Shown here: piece by piece, positions 12,410-26,000 of the stretch
How positions within the stretch are numbered: position 1 is the stretch's first letter
How the letters are laid out: each line of letters starts with the position of its first letter
Assembly (NCBI GenBank): GCA_973895155.1
Contig: OZ316894.1
Span: forward strand, 18,638,805 to 18,702,804
Length of the DNA: 64,000 nt
Direction of reading: 5' to 3'
Origin: Marsupella aquatica
Taxonomy: Eukaryota > Plantae > Marchantiophyta
Notes under the pieces: generated by a model
The model's input: the letters and a program-made list of their open reading frames with translations, nothing else
The model's database searches: none
Told to the model about the DNA's origin: nothing
Made by a program: the position numbers and the translations under genes

Positions 12410-12790
12410 TCAACTCCTCTCCCATATCAATATTTGCTGCCAAATCAAGGAATCGGACTGGTTCTCCAGGGGTCATCTCCGGAGCAGGATGTCTGAGAGG
12501 AGAGGAGAGTACGCACACTGGAACTCGAGTTGGGGCGAGGGGCGAGTCCATGATGTTGGGGACTCTTTAGTTCTTTCACCAACTCCTCTCCAGTATATCC
12601 ATATTTGCTGTAGATTCCAGTCCGGCATCGAACCCATTCACCAGGAGTAGAGTTTCCATAGCTTGGTGAGAGTATCGCGCACTGGAAACTCGAGTTGGGG
12701 CGAGTAGAATGCATTGGATTGGATTGGATTGCCATTTGGTCTGTGCTTCCATGGCGTTGGTGACTCTTGAGTTCTTTCTTGAGTTCTTTC
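12410..12790. repeat. Diverged ~170 bp tandem duplication upstream of the F-box gene
   Basis: Paired motifs CAACTCCTCTC..ATAT..ATATTTGCTG (~12411/12580) and CACTGGAA(A)CTCGAGTTGGGGCGAG (~12515/12680). Confidence 0.7.
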
Positions 12791-12998
12791 AAGTGCGATA
12801 ACTTCCAGCTCAGGAGAATTTTAGGAAAAGTGGAGTGGAGAGAATTGTAATTTAGTTAGATGTCCAAATCATTGGTCGATGACATATATATTTCTCCTGT
12901 GCGATAGAGACCTGAATCTGGAGAGGACTGAATGACTTAATTAGGGGCTGAAACGTTCGATTGAGGGTGGATTGTAATTCAACTCGTTGTCCGCCGGA

Positions 12999-14465
12999 AT
13001 GGAGGCAAATCAAGTACAGGAGACTCCGCCGAGGGGCTTATTGAAAAGAATTGTAGCCATGTTGTGTTTTCCATCTCTGTTGAAGATGGCTATAAAGAAA
13101 GCATGGCTGACGGGATGTTGTTCGACTTCGCCCCACGAGAACGACGTGAAGGAGGGAGAGGAGGTCAAGCTTTTAGCAGAGGAGGACGAGATTTTATATT
13201 CTAAGAGCTCCCGACCTGACAAATTGAACACCCGAGGCTCAGAAGAGGTGAGCAATCTGATGACTTTACAAGACGGCTCCCATGATGACAAAGGGAAGAC
13301 ACAGGGAGTAGAGGTGTGCGTTACTCTACCTGAGGACTTAGTGGAAAGGATTTTGGCAATGGTGCCTTTCCCGTATGTATTCAAGGCTCGGGCACTGTCA
13401 ACATCATGGCTGGCCAGGTTCTCCCCAGTTGAATCTCAAGTTGACGAGGTGAAGAAGCACCTTGCAGCCTCTTTTCAGAAGGAGGTCAGTAAGTGGTCCA
13501 CCAACTGGAAGACCCTCTGCCCTGTCTTTGTTAACAGTCTTCAGGGCTTCAGTGCTTACGACCGGGCAGCTAGCAGGTGGGCAAGAATGCCACCGTTGTC
13601 TTTCATCCCCTGTCATCTCCTCAGCATCCCATATCTACAGATGGACGGAGCTCTCTTGCTGATGTCTGATTTCTATGACTCGGAATCAAGTTCGAGAGGA
13701 AGCTGCAGACACGAGCTCTGTGTTGCCAACGTCTTGACACAGAGCTTGAGGCGGCTGCCACGGCCTCCCCCTGTACTCTGCACCCCTGAGGAAAATTGCA
13801 CTTTGTTTTTCCAGAAATTGTTGAGTCAGACCTCGTCAGGGACGTACAAGGTGGTCATCGTTTACATAAGTCGCGCTCGTGGGTACTACCTTGCACAGAT
13901 CTACGATTCCAAATCAAATGCCTGGAGAAGCAGGACCATCGCCAAAAACGTCCCAGGACTTACTAGCCCTCCTGCATATCTCAATGGAGTTCTCTATATG
14001 GTGGCAAAGGAAAATCCGAGGCATCTACTGGCTTTAAATGTGGAAGAAGGGGCTTTCCAAGAACTCGAAATGTCTGGAGATACCGTAGGAAAAGTTGCCA
14101 TCGGTCTGGTGGTTTGCAATGCCCAACTACTCATGTTTGTTAAGGAGTCTTGCCCTTGTAGAGCTGACGGGCAGGTGCTTAAGATTGATCTCGGGTTGCG
14201 AAGATTGCTGGAGGTGGGTCGAGGGCCGTCTCCAAAACATTGTGTCAACACGTTACTTAGTGATGGTAGTACCGTACTCCTCCCATTTTCTGACGGCCCT
14301 GGGGATTCAAGGGCAAATTGCAATTGCAGTGGAATGGTGGTGTACAACTTGCCAGAAAATAAGTGGAATTCTATCCATTTCCACTGGCAGGCTAAGTCTG
14401 GCCAACCAAAATACCGCGGAGTTTTTGCCTTTCAACCAAACTTGAATCCATTTATGGCAGTCTGA
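12999..14465 (+). CDS. Intronless F-box protein with a C-terminal beta-propeller-like (Kelch/FBA-like) region
   Basis: F-box motif LPEDLVERILAMVPFPYVFKARALSTSW. Downstream motifs VANVLTQSLRRLP, YKVV, AQIYDSKSNAW, PAYLNGVLY and the terminal FAFQPNL are typical of plant F-box proteins. First ATG is at 12999. Confidence 0.88.
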   Translation: MEANQVQETPPRGLLKRIVAMLCFPSLLKMAIKKAWLTGCCSTSPHENDVKEGEEVKLLAEEDEILYSKSSRPDKLNTRGSEEVSNLMTLQDGSHDDKGKTQGVEVCVTLPEDLVERILAMVPFPYVFKARALSTSWLARFSPVESQVDEVKKHLAASFQKEVSKWSTNWKTLCPVFVNSLQGFSAYDRAASRWARMPPLSFIPCHLLSIPYLQMDGALLLMSDFYDSESSSRGSCRHELCVANVLTQSLRRLPRPPPVLCTPEENCTLFFQKLLSQTSSGTYKVVIVYISRARGYYLAQIYDSKSNAWRSRTIAKNVPGLTSPPAYLNGVLYMVAKENPRHLLALNVEEGAFQELEMSGDTVGKVAIGLVVCNAQLLMFVKESCPCRADGQVLKIDLGLRRLLEVGRGPSPKHCVNTLLSDGSTVLLPFSDGPGDSRANCNCSGMVVYNLPENKWNSIHFHWQAKSGQPKYRGVFAFQPNLNPFMAV

Positions 14466-15289
14466 GCTCAGATTGAGTCCGGCCTCAACAGGGAATTCCA
14501 TTTGTCTGTACACTAGAGTATTTTTTTCAGACATTTGTCAGGGTTTGGGATACGATGGTTGTTGATCCTCCAAAAAGGGTTCAATGACAGGTCTTGAAGG
14601 TTCAGCTGAGGACCCGCGAACCTGACTCAAGTCCCTGGACCTCTCACCACAGCAAGATCAAACCGAGGAAACAAACAGTTGCGCAAGCAGTAGATAATGG
14701 AAAAGAAACCTTTGGTAGTGATCAGGCGATGATCCCCATAGTCAATGGCAAATTAGTATGTGCTGGTAGAAAAGTAGAATTATAGAACAAGAGTAGGCAA
14801 GGATATGTTCCAAAAATTCTTCCACACCAATGTCACTTGCATGGAGATGTGCTCTCCAAGTATTGTCCAAAACTAATTTCACTTGCATGGAGATATGCTC
14901 TCCAATTGCAGTAACTTACCCGTTCATTTCGCTGTCATCTGCCACATATATACAGGACTGGTTTTTTGTGGCAAATCTGGTCAGCTGCTCATGGGACAGT
15001 CTGCGACAAATTGGCTAATCAGTGATATTGTAGATCAATTTTGATCCACAGAAATCAATTATCATTCTCACATAGTTAAATTTTGATTTCATTCACAAAG
15101 TACTGTAGTTCTGCAATTTGATTCGGTCTGTTTTCCTTGACGACACCTGCAACGGATGCAGATTCAAATTTCTGAATTTTGCTACGAAGATCATAGTTGT
15201 CAACGCAAAAGGTCTGTCTGCGGCTACCACCCGACCAAATGAATTTGAAAGTGCCTCACAAATTTGCTACGCTTCATGCATGGTATCGA

Positions 15290-15640
15290 ATTTTAGCTAA
15301 AGCTCACAAGGACTTTCGCGCATCCTTTGTATTGGATTTGACTCGCAAGCCCCCATTCTTAGCTAAAGCTCACAAGGACTCTCACAAAACCTTTGTATTG
15401 GATTTGCCTCAAGAGTGGAGGATAGCCCCCATTCTTCACATGAATAAGCTCAATGGATTCATATTAGGAGGAACCCAAAACTAGCACAAACTTTTGTCAC
15501 TCAATTTTATGAGTCTCGACAAACCTTTAGAATATCATATCTATCAGATTATTGATCATCGGGTTAAGCGACGAAAATGGCGTGGTGTAGTTGAGTACCT
15601 AGTCAGCTGGGAGGGCTGTGACTCGTACGAAATTCTTGGA
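15290..15640 (+). mobile_element. Degraded Ty3/Gypsy (chromovirus-like) integrase C-terminus with chromodomain
   Basis: FVLDLPQEWRIAPILHMNKL resembles the post-GPY/F consensus YxLxLPxxWRIHPVFHVSxL. It is followed in another frame by YHIYQIIDHRVKRRKWRGVVEYLVSWEG (chromodomain). An internal ~66 bp duplication and a frame break indicate decay. Confidence 0.75.
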
Positions 15641-15840
15641 ACACAGCTAATTCGTCAGAAAACATTTTTAAGGATGCAAACGTCAAGTTGGTCTGGAGTA
15701 GGCTTGGTCGGTGGTAGCATAGAAACTTAAGTTGTCTAAATAGGCTCGTCTGTGCAAAGCCATAAACGTTTCATCCTAATGTTATCATTTGTACTAAATC
15801 ATGTGCCACACAGGCACATAACAACCTGTATTCTAGAGAT

Positions 15841-15920
15841 GAACACCGTGTCAACTTGAATATCATAGAACACCGTGTCAACTTGAATATCATAGAACAC
15901 CGTGTCAACTTGAATATCAT
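15841..15920. repeat. 27-bp tandem repeat x3
   Basis: GAACACCGTGTCAACTTGAATATCATA occurs three times. Confidence 0.95.
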
Positions 15921-16480
15921 GTAGAGATGAATGAATACAGTGACTCGATTATAAGGTTGTAAGATTGGCCCCCAATAGATATCTAGATCTCATGTTAAGA
16001 CACATGTTTGATGCAAAATGTTTGGACCAGGAGGTGACACCAACACAGGTACTGGTCTTGCTCTTCAACTTGAGCCCAAACTAAACTAAGCTGGGCCAAG
16101 ACTTTTGGCACGGGCCGCACCTGGACTAGCATGCGCCACCCAGCGGCTTTCGGACCATTATATGTAATACTGAATAACAAATATGGCCAAGGAAAACTTT
16201 CTCGATATAGAAAACAAAGGATGTTGCATGCGTCAATCGCTGAAAGTCACAGATGAAGCTAGGGCGTTGACTAGCATCGACCGCCCTTCTCCAATGCGGG
16301 CTTAGGCAGCACAAAAATAATGAATCACGTTTAGGCACTGATTTATTGGAACAAACAAACGGTACTCAAAGTCGACATATTATAAAGGCATGCTCCAGGA
16401 ATCATTTACCGATTGTGATATGGAGTTTACATTATAAACTATCAGCTTCAGTCAAACACTGCACCGTTGTTGAATCGCTA

Positions 16481-19059
16481 CTACTCAAAGAGACCCTTCC
16501 AATGTATATACATGACTATACTTGAGAACACAGAGGCACATACTGTCACCAGACCCACTACGAAGGGTAGAAAACTGTCAGGATTATGATACAATGGAAT
16601 TTGGATGTTCATGCTAACTGCGCCACACAATGCTGTCCCAATGCCAATGGCTAGCATTGATGTTGTCAGGGTGATTTGGAACTGAAATAGTTGATTTCGT
16701 TGATGATCGAGCTGAATATTGATGTAGTCCTCTGTGTCATCAATATATTCCCGAATCTGTACAAGATAACCAATTAGCAACAGTGGAGACATCCTTATTG
16801 CTCGCTTTCCATAAAATAATTTAATTCAATGAAGAATACGAACAAATTCGGAGTGTATGCACAAAGCCCCCAAAGCAGACATTACAATCTCAATGAGCCG
16901 ACATTTCCCATTTCGAGACTACCAACGGACTGTCCTATTTACGGATAACGTAGGCATTTCAAAGATAGCACAGGGAACCCTCCCATTTCGCAGGAGCATA
17001 AAACAGTATTAAGCCACTGAATGTAGTTGATAGCATCATCTCCTAGTTTCTGACGGACTCACTATGCTACACCATGCGTCTCTCCCCTGCCTATTCAGAC
17101 AACTACCTCTGTCGTTGAGGAATTCTTCCCAAATGAAAATCCGGGTTGAATTATAGCTTGCATCAGAAGATCCATCAAAATCGGAAAAAGAAAATGTCTT
17201 CTTAGTTAAGCATGTCCTCGTCCCAAGACTAATGTGACTCGTCAATTTTCCGCCTCTGGGTCTTCTGATATGTGGAGAATTTTCTCCCATGCCCAATTGG
17301 GATTCCATAGACTTCCCAGGACCATTCATTCCTTGGTTCATTTCTTACAATGCCTACTTCAAATGTAGGAGATGCCATTCTTCCAAGTGTAATTTTTCAA
17401 CTTCAGTCTGATCATTATATCTCAAGATCATCAAACAGAAAAAAAAAAAAAAAAAAAAGTGACTAGGGACGTAAGATTGGATACCATCATGAGTTTATTT
17501 AGTGTTCCATCCAGCTGCATGAAATATGCCTCCAGTAACATCTCAAGCTCTTCTACGTCCTCATTGCCAAGACTCACACTTGCAGCCAAGCTCGTAGCGC
17601 CATTGAACATTGAAGCCTTACTGAATTCGAATGAGCTGTACTGTCCGCCGTGTAAGCGAAACGACATGGAGGGGGAATCAACATGTTGGTCCTGTGCAAG
17701 CTTTCGGGTGAGATAAAGATCTGCCATATCGTCATCATCGTCCAATAGCTGCTCCAACTCATCCCTCACCTGTGTAATAGTGCCATAGATCAATATGCAC
17801 ATAAGTTCATATGCTACCAGTACGTGTCCATTGCAGACCAGTACGTGAAAGACATCAACTCAGGTCAAACCTAATTATATATTACTTTTATTATACAACT
17901 GCGCTGTAACATACAAGGCTGCTGAGAAAGTACAAGCTTCCACCACGTTGAAACACACTAGTTTTAGTTGTAGCTCAGAGACCAGGTCTGTGGTAGAGGA
18001 TTTTTCAGCCGAAGATTCAAACAAAAATGGAATGCCCGAAAGGGAAAAAAATTACTTTCTGCACTTTGGCCGTGAGACGAGTGAGGACACTTTTTAGACT
18101 ACGAACAAGCTCCAAATTGCCGGACGTGATGTTTCTTGTAAATTCATCTAACGTTGGATAAGCCTTCAGCTCCAGCTCGTTAACTCTGCCCTCCAGATAG
18201 TTGCAAACCACGTCAAGAGCAATTTCCAAGACCCTAAATTCGAACGGAAGTTCGTCTGGAGGTTTTTCTGCGAAATTCCCTTGTGGGCTCCACTTCAAAG
18301 CACCTAAAGCAGGGGCCTCGGAGATGGTGACATGCACAGAATCCCCGTGGTCGTCTGGCGAGAAACGAGATTCCTGCTGGTACCCTTGGGATGAAGATTT
18401 GAGAGGAAACTGTTCCTTTAACTGCTCTACAAACGGGACGACAAAAGGACTAGTGGCATCGAGCAGAAAAAGCTCCTCTGCGGTTACAATGGCCTTGATG
18501 AATTCCAGATTGACCACCATAGCTCGCTCTCGTGCTGCGGACACGAACAGCAACTCTTACTCAGATCAATAGAGTGTAAAGTTCAAACACTAACTTGGAT
18601 TCAGTAGAGATGCCTAACATTACTCGGCCTCTCTTTCAACCAGTGGCAAGAGACCTAACACTGTTTTCTCTCCTGGACATCGGGCATTTGATTGAATGCA
18701 GTACTTCGTACATGGCAATGACTGAAACGGTCGATCACGAATAATGCACGAAGAAGAAAAGAAATAACCACTGGAGCCCAGAGAGTCTTACCAAGGATAT
18801 GCGAGGACTGTGAAAATACTGGACCCAGAATCCTTAGATCCCGGGCAGGAATCGAGGCACGCTGCATTATGGCAGTCCTGTCCAGCTCCAAGAACTCGGA
18901 CACTCCAGATGAGTCGAATCGCATCCACAAGCGGGAACCCGGTTTCTTTCTCTTGACAGGGAAGACCTGTAAAACTGTATTATCCGATATTGAAGGCTCG
19001 TCCTCCATAATCATGTAGGGCACTTTGTCCCCATATTTTTTTATAGTGGGAGTCGGCAT
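16481..19059 (-). CDS. MRS2: MRS2/MGT (CorA-family) magnesium transporter; exons 19059-18792, 18534-18056, 17769-17485, 16756-16481
   Basis: Motifs IPARDLRILGP, RERAMVVNLEFIKAIVTAEE, LPFEFRVLE, VRDELEQLLDDDDDMADLYLTRK, EELEMLLEAYFMQLDG and IDDTEDYINIQLDHQRNQL, with two C-terminal TM helices. GT-AG junctions are in phase. Confidence 0.95.
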
Positions 19060-20839
19060 TGTTGAAAGCTATATATTTCATCCACTGGAGTCGTTTTACA
19101 ACTTCAATCCGGGCAACGAAAAGGGCATGCGTTCCTGGAATTCCTCCGCCACTGCTCACACAGCCCTCGCGTCACCCCGTACTACGTCGCTCCTGTCGAT
19201 CATCGTCGATAATTAAATAGTGCATCCACACTCGTCGATCTACATTGGCAAATTAACGGTCAAACCTCAACATGCACAAGCTGACGAAAACGAGCTGACA
19301 GATGACGGGTGGATCGTCTTTCTCTTTAAGGCAAAACCAAACAAACGACCCACCAGAACATTCGTAGGAAACACAATCAGAGCAAAGAAACAGCATTCCC
19401 GCCTGAATTCGACCTCCCTTCAACCTCGTTAACACTAAAGGAAGTCCCTAGACAGTAGCAGGCAAGTTTACACAGCCAGGGTCGAGCATCTGGATATCAC
19501 TGCCTACACTACGGAGAAATTGGAGATTATACAGTGGATCAACCAAGCGTATTACCAACAATTAGGGATAGGCGAAAAATGTCACCATACCGCTTGTTGC
19601 TCGTAAACCAAGAAAGTCCCCTCGCGAAAATATTCCCGGCGATGTGACAATTCGAATCCCACAAAGTTCGAATCTGCGAGGAGACGCGGGCCACCAGTGG
19701 TAGAGCCGCTGACCACTCGTCCGCTCAAACTAGAGACGTAGCAGCAACAATCGTGGTGAGGATGATCACAGCACACTGGACAGCACAGAAGGCACCGGCA
19801 AATCTCCTCGGTACTCCTACAAAGCTCGGCGAAAACTTCCAAGTCCCTTGCGAAAGAGACGCAGTGCCCTACCATTTCGCTGTTCCAACCAAAACCAAAG
19901 CCAAGAGCTCGACACAAGCCAAGACGAGTTCTCTACGACGGCTCCGTATACGTGGTGCACATTACTGCATCAGATCGATACAACCTTCCTGCATCCGACA
20001 AACAAAGCGAAGCCGCAGGGAGGCGGCCATGGCAACAACTGCGGGGGAGGAGCACTGTTTCTGCTGCTGCTCATGCAGAACACTACACAAGGACGCATGT
20101 TCTCCTCTGATTGAGTATTGATTTATTTCCTAAACGCACTAAAGTAACTCAAACCACTTTATCGAGAGACATCACGGTGATTGTCTATGATTGCTTCCAG
20201 GCACGGAACGGAAGGACGAATGACAACTGCCAAAAATTAGATAGAGCTTCTCCTGTACCAGACCGGAATCAACCCAACCACCTGTCTGGACGATCCGATC
20301 AGACCCGGTCCCGCCAATCCTCGAATCCCTCGACAAAACGCTCGTTAACATCAATCCCTCTCCAGTTTCCACCACACCTTACTGCAGGACGGCCCGATCA
20401 CTGTGCAATTGTCCCTCATGACAGAGTTCTTCTGGCCGGGGCGAGCTGAGAGCGCAAAACCCGCTGTCGATCGAGATTCGATTCCATCGATTCACCGGTA
20501 GTTTTTTTTCACAGCCGAAAACCCGGGGCCGAAAAGGAGACAGAAGCGCGATCGACGGCGCCATCGCTGGAATGACAGCTACCCTCTCTCTCTAGTCTCT
20601 CTCGCTGTCGCTCCATCTCTGCATGAACAAATGTCCTCTCACCCCGTGCCCTCTGTCGTCCATAGTAAGTTCCGAAGCTCCGCACAATCACGCCTCCATG
20701 GAATCCACCTCTGCCGGGTTTTGGACATCCTCTGCTGGGTTTTGGACAGTCGTGCCACCATGAAATCCACCCGAAGCTATTTGTAACAGTCATTTCTCCA
20801 TGGAATCCCGCCACCATGAAATCCACCCGAAGCTATTTG

Positions 20840-23050
20840 TAATGTCATTTCTCCCTGGAATCCCCCCTCCAGGGTTTTGGACAGTCTTGCCTCCATGTAA
20901 TTCTCCCCTCCAGGGTTTTTCTTTGTAATATGGGCAGGTGGCACTTATGGGGCCTTGATGAGACTCCCTTTAGCAACAAGTTTGTATACTTATTAGGAAG
21001 TCTCAAAGTGGGGTCATTAGTAAAATTTACAATTTTGTGGTATATCTCATGACTCGGGTATGATTTTAGATTCGGGGTTAAATGTTGAGCTACTGTAAGG
21101 AAAGCCCGTGGTGCTTGATCAAATCAAAACATTAATTTTGGAAAGTAACTGCAAAAACTTGTGAAGGTCAAAAGCTATTGTTACACTCATGCGTCAATGA
21201 AATTCTCCCCTCCAGGATTTTTCTTTCTATTATGGGCAGGTGGCACTTATGGGAGGTTGACAAGCCTTGGTTTTAGCAAAAAGTTTGTATAGTTCCATTA
21301 TGATCAATCGATAAAATCTGGTGGTTACTTTGCAAAATGGTTTCTTTGCTTCCTTTCTTGGCCCTTTGGTGGTCCCCCCCTTGATTGGGTCTTTTGCCTG
21401 AGAGATCATGTCTCCCAGTTGGGCACCCTCTGTATTCAGTTTGGAATATTTTATTTTATAATAGGAGCAAAAACTGTTGAAGATCCAAAGCTATTGTACA
21501 GTCATTGCTCATGGAATCCTCTCTCCAGGGTCTTCTTTGTATTATGGGCAGGTGGCACTTATGGGGGGTTGACAAGCTTCTGTTTAGCAAAAAGTTTGCA
21601 CAGTTAATAGATAATTATGATCCATACAAACATATATGTCCTGTCAAATCTGGATTGTCAAGTCCGAGAAGTTTTGAAGATCTGAAGCTATTGTACAGTC
21701 ATGCCTCCATGGAATCCTCTCGTCCAAGGATTTTCTTTGTATTTTAGGGAGGTGGCACTTATGAGAGGTTGACAAGCCTAGATTTTGCAAAAAAATTGTA
21801 TAGTTGTATTATGATCAATCGATAAATCTGAACGGTTACTTTTGGAAAAATAAGTGCAAAAACGTTGAAAGACCCAAAGCATGCACAGTAATTCCTCTAT
21901 GGAATCCTCCCTCCAGGGTCTTCCTTTGTATTATGGTGGCACTTATGGGGGTTGGCAAGCTTCTGTTTAATTAGCAAAATGGTTGTACACTCAGTTATAT
22001 TATGATCCATAGATAGATATAGATACATGTATGATCAAATCTGGACGGTTAGTTTTGGAAATGAGTGCAAAAACTTTTGAAGCTCCGAAGCTATTGTACA
22101 GTCCTGCCTCAATGGAATCCTCTCCTCCAGGGTTTCCTTTGTATTACCTGGGCAGGTGGCACCTATGGGGGCATTGACAAGCCTCCATTTAGCAAACATT
22201 TGTATAGTTATATTATGATTGATCCATATATGTACAATCAAATCTGGACAATTATTTACGGAAATAAGTGCAAAAACTTTTGAAGATCTGAGGCTATTGT
22301 ATAGTCATGCCTCCCTAGAAGCTTCCAAGGGTTTCACTTCCATAAAATTGACATATCATGTGCAACTTAATGAAGAATATGATAGTTTTATATTTAACAG
22401 GATAATCCAAATTTGAGTCTTGTAAGAACATTAGGGTGCTTTGAATGAAAATTTTGGAATCTTCTATGAAAATTCCAACTTTTTTATTTTTTATTTTTTA
22501 TTGTTTTTATGAAAAAAATTCCAATTTTAGAGTGGGTAAAAAAACTTTCTCACATTTTAGGGGTCTAAGGCTTAAAAACATTGCAGGTGATGGGGGGCCT
22601 CTATGTAGTGAGACCCCCAAGTATGGAATCCTCCCTCGCCCTCCAGGGTTTTTCCTTTGTATTAGGGCAGGTGGTACTTATGGGGGTTGACAAAAAGGCT
22701 GTCAACATATATTATCATTGATCAATAGATTCTTATACAATACATTTTGGTCTGTTAGATTTGGAAAGTTACTGCAAAAACATTATTTTGAAAACCAATT
22801 ATGACATGTAGATGATCATCAGATGGTTCATTTTGGAAAATACTACTAAAAAATTAAATATCTTTTGTATTGTTGACAAGCCACTTCACTTAGAATCAAA
22901 TATGCTAACATTAGCTCATGCATAAAGGAAACGATCAAATCTGGACCGTTAATCTTGGCAAAGAAGTGCAAAAACTTTTAAAAACCATATATGACTAGTA
23001 CGTGATCAACATATAATGGTAGGTTTTGGAGAGTAACTACTAAAAACTTC
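20840..23050. repeat. Degenerate tandem array with a ~200-300 bp unit (at least 7 copies)
   Basis: The core GGAATCCTC..CTCCAGGGT..TTTGTATTATGGGCAGGTGGCACTTATGGGGGTTGACAAGC recurs near 20937, 21239, 21551, 21751, 21935, 22156 and 22670, with shared GCAAAAACTTTTGAAG..AAGCTATTGTAC blocks. Confidence 0.85.
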
Positions 23051-26000
23051 AAAACTCTTTTCTATTGTTCACAAGACACTTCATCTGGAAGCAAATGCGC
23101 TAAACTAGTCAAATCTACAGAGCATCTCCAACCTTCTTGGTTCAGATATAGCAAAGGGTTCTCCAATCATACTATGGTTCTATTATTTCAAAGAATAAAT
23201 GTGTGCCCCTTAAATAGAACCCCAATCATGCACGGGAAGTTCCTTCCAAAATCCCTGGAAGCACGTGCAGCCACATCAGCACTATTGGTCACAAACAAAA
23301 ACAGTTCATTATACAAAAAGCACCAAAACAGACCCTGTGTGTTTGAAACAAGTCAAAGAAAACCAGGTAGACCTTGTAAAAACAATTGAAAATTGAAAAA
23401 TAACATTTCAAATAAACAAAGAAAGGGGTGAAAAGGGGGTAAAAGAAATTAACCTTTGGGTAGGTTGTGATTGATACATCAGTGTCTTCCATTAGATTGT
23501 ATGAGTTTTCTATTTAATTAGCAATTTTTGGAATAACCATATATGAATAGAAAGAAACTTTTCAACTATTGTAACATTTACCAAGGTAATATAAGAAACC
23601 ATTTGGTTACTCTGGAAAAAGGAACACCAACCATTTGGTTATTCTGGAAAAAGGAAGACCAAGGGAACATAAACAAACCTTTGACTACTATGAATTAAAG
23701 AATATCAAAGGAATGTAATTAAGAAACATTCTATAGCATTTTGCATGGATGTACTCTATGGACATAGGAGAACCAAGGGAAAGTTGTGCATGCACTCCTT
23801 CCATGAATAATCAGATATTCTTTTTTTGCTCTTATCTCCATATTCAAACTTATTTCACAAGTGATAAAAAGGAACGCACTTTCAACCCTGAGTCCTTCTA
23901 CTTATCAAACAACTAATTGCATATTAAAACACATGACAATAGATGGTTTACTATGAACAGCAATGTGATTTACACAAATTAATTCAATTTTTTAATCATG
24001 GTATGGAGAAACATTACAGTACACATCTTATATTATCACATTTTGGTATGCAATTAACAGGACCATTGTTGGGGTTGTTGTGATGTTATATTAAGGTTTG
24101 AATTGGATGAATTGGGGAATGACTGCTGTTTAATGATCAGCTGATTTAATGATTCTTTCAAGTGTTTCATGGAAGTACTTGTCAATTGCTTTGGAGAAGA
24201 ACACCCTAAAAAATAAGAATGTTTTTTAAAAAACTATTTTCAATTTATCCCTATATTTTGGGAATATTCTAAAAATATTACCAAATTTCATTTTTTAAAC
24301 CCTATATTCTCATATAATTCTCAAAATTGATTTAAGAAACACTAATGTTCTTCTACAGAAATTTAAAAGTATTCTTCCAACCCAATAAACAAACCCTATA
24401 CTTACATTCACGTAATGGATAGAAAAGGAATAAGTGAGGGCCCCGGACCCCGGGGTATTTATGTCACCATCCTAGACGTAACCTCAAAATGTAGTTTGGT
24501 CTGAGCCAAGGGATCATTAACTTACGTACCTGGTTATTTACTTTTGTCCCTATTAGAAATTTTATTATCCAGTTTCTAAAGAAATCAGCCAGATCCAATA
24601 TTTTCTCCTTGCTTTGTGACATAATGCCCTCTTACCTTTGTTGCGAGCTTTGTTGGTCGAAAGTAAGAAGGGTATTAATGTTCCATTTGCAGAATTAGTT
24701 AGGACCGGGGTTCTTAATTAGGACAATAGATGTGAACCCATTAGCTCATCACACTCTTGTACTAGATATGGATCACTAGCTTATCACACTTACTAGCTAT
24801 TGTGGTGACTGAATGTTTTAATTTCTTTTCTTTTTCTAGGTTACTTATTGGAGTTTGCATTTCCTCTTCCTTTGAATTTTGTGTTTGTCCTCGTTGGACC
24901 TCTAACTTTGCTTTCACTCAATTTTTATACATGATTGGTCCTTTCTCTCCTTATATAAAGAGCATCATTCCAGTTTGACCCAGAATTTCACAAAGGGGTT
25001 AATAAATTAAAGCACAAGGCAGAAGTATATTATATTACCAATCAAATAACCATGTTTTTTGGGGAGTCAGCCCCAGAGTCAGCTCAAGACATGTTGAAGG
25101 GTTCCTTCTAATTGCAAAGATCGCATTTCAGAAAACAGGTTTCTAATCAAGACACATGATCCAAAAATTAAAGGACTGCCCAACGCAAGGGAGAAAACAA
25201 AGGGAAAAACACTGGAAGACCGGGTGGAAGGGGGATGGAAGACCAAATATCCAAAAGCTTGAGAGTCCCCAACAAGACTCCAGCCTCCACAATGTACTGC
25301 AAACTGAAAAACTAATCTGATACTCTTTGTTTGGAAAACTGAAAACCCTTGTAAACCCGCTTCTAAAACTCCCGAGTAAATCAGTCACAGAAGAGGGTCA
25401 CAAAGAGGAATTTGACTAGATTCCCTAAAACCAATAACCACGCCCCTACTCAAACAAGTCAGAATGTCCAAACTCTTTGTAGTACGTGCCATATGTTGTC
25501 TAAAGAAGGTTGTGAGGACAAACATAGGGGGATCCAAGGTCTGACTATGCTCTGTATATATACAAATTAATGACTGCATAGGCCTGTTGGTGGGATAAGA
25601 TCAAAAATAGGGTACGTAGAGCCCCAAAGCTAGACATTCAAAAAAACTGGGTAGAATAGATCCCAACTTGAGATAAGCACTACATATGCCTCTTCCTTGA
25701 ACCAGGTGCCAATCGGGTGGCCTTGGGAGCCTTGGTTGCAGCATGGCTTGGTATATATAGGTGGCAACCACAACATTGTACATTCCTACCAATAGAAACC
25801 ACATCTCCAAGGGCCCAAACTCTTGCCCAAGAGAAGACCAGACTAGCATGTTGCCTGTCTGGAATACCATCACTAGGGTAGTAGGAAGCGCATGCATGTT
25901 GGACACCTTAATGGCTTACGTGCCTGGTATTCTAAGTATCCGACAATGGTTGCCATCACATCACATATGTTATCGTGTATAGTTGTAACCCTCTCACTTT

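Noticed and set aside
17036-17341. 101-aa ORF inside MRS2 intron 3
   Set aside because: No motif, and the flanking MRS2 exons join in frame without it.
20840-22700. CRISPR-like look of recurring ~35 bp motifs
   Set aside because: The intervening sequences are long, homologous to each other and irregular. There are no cas genes and the context is eukaryotic, so this is a degenerate tandem repeat.
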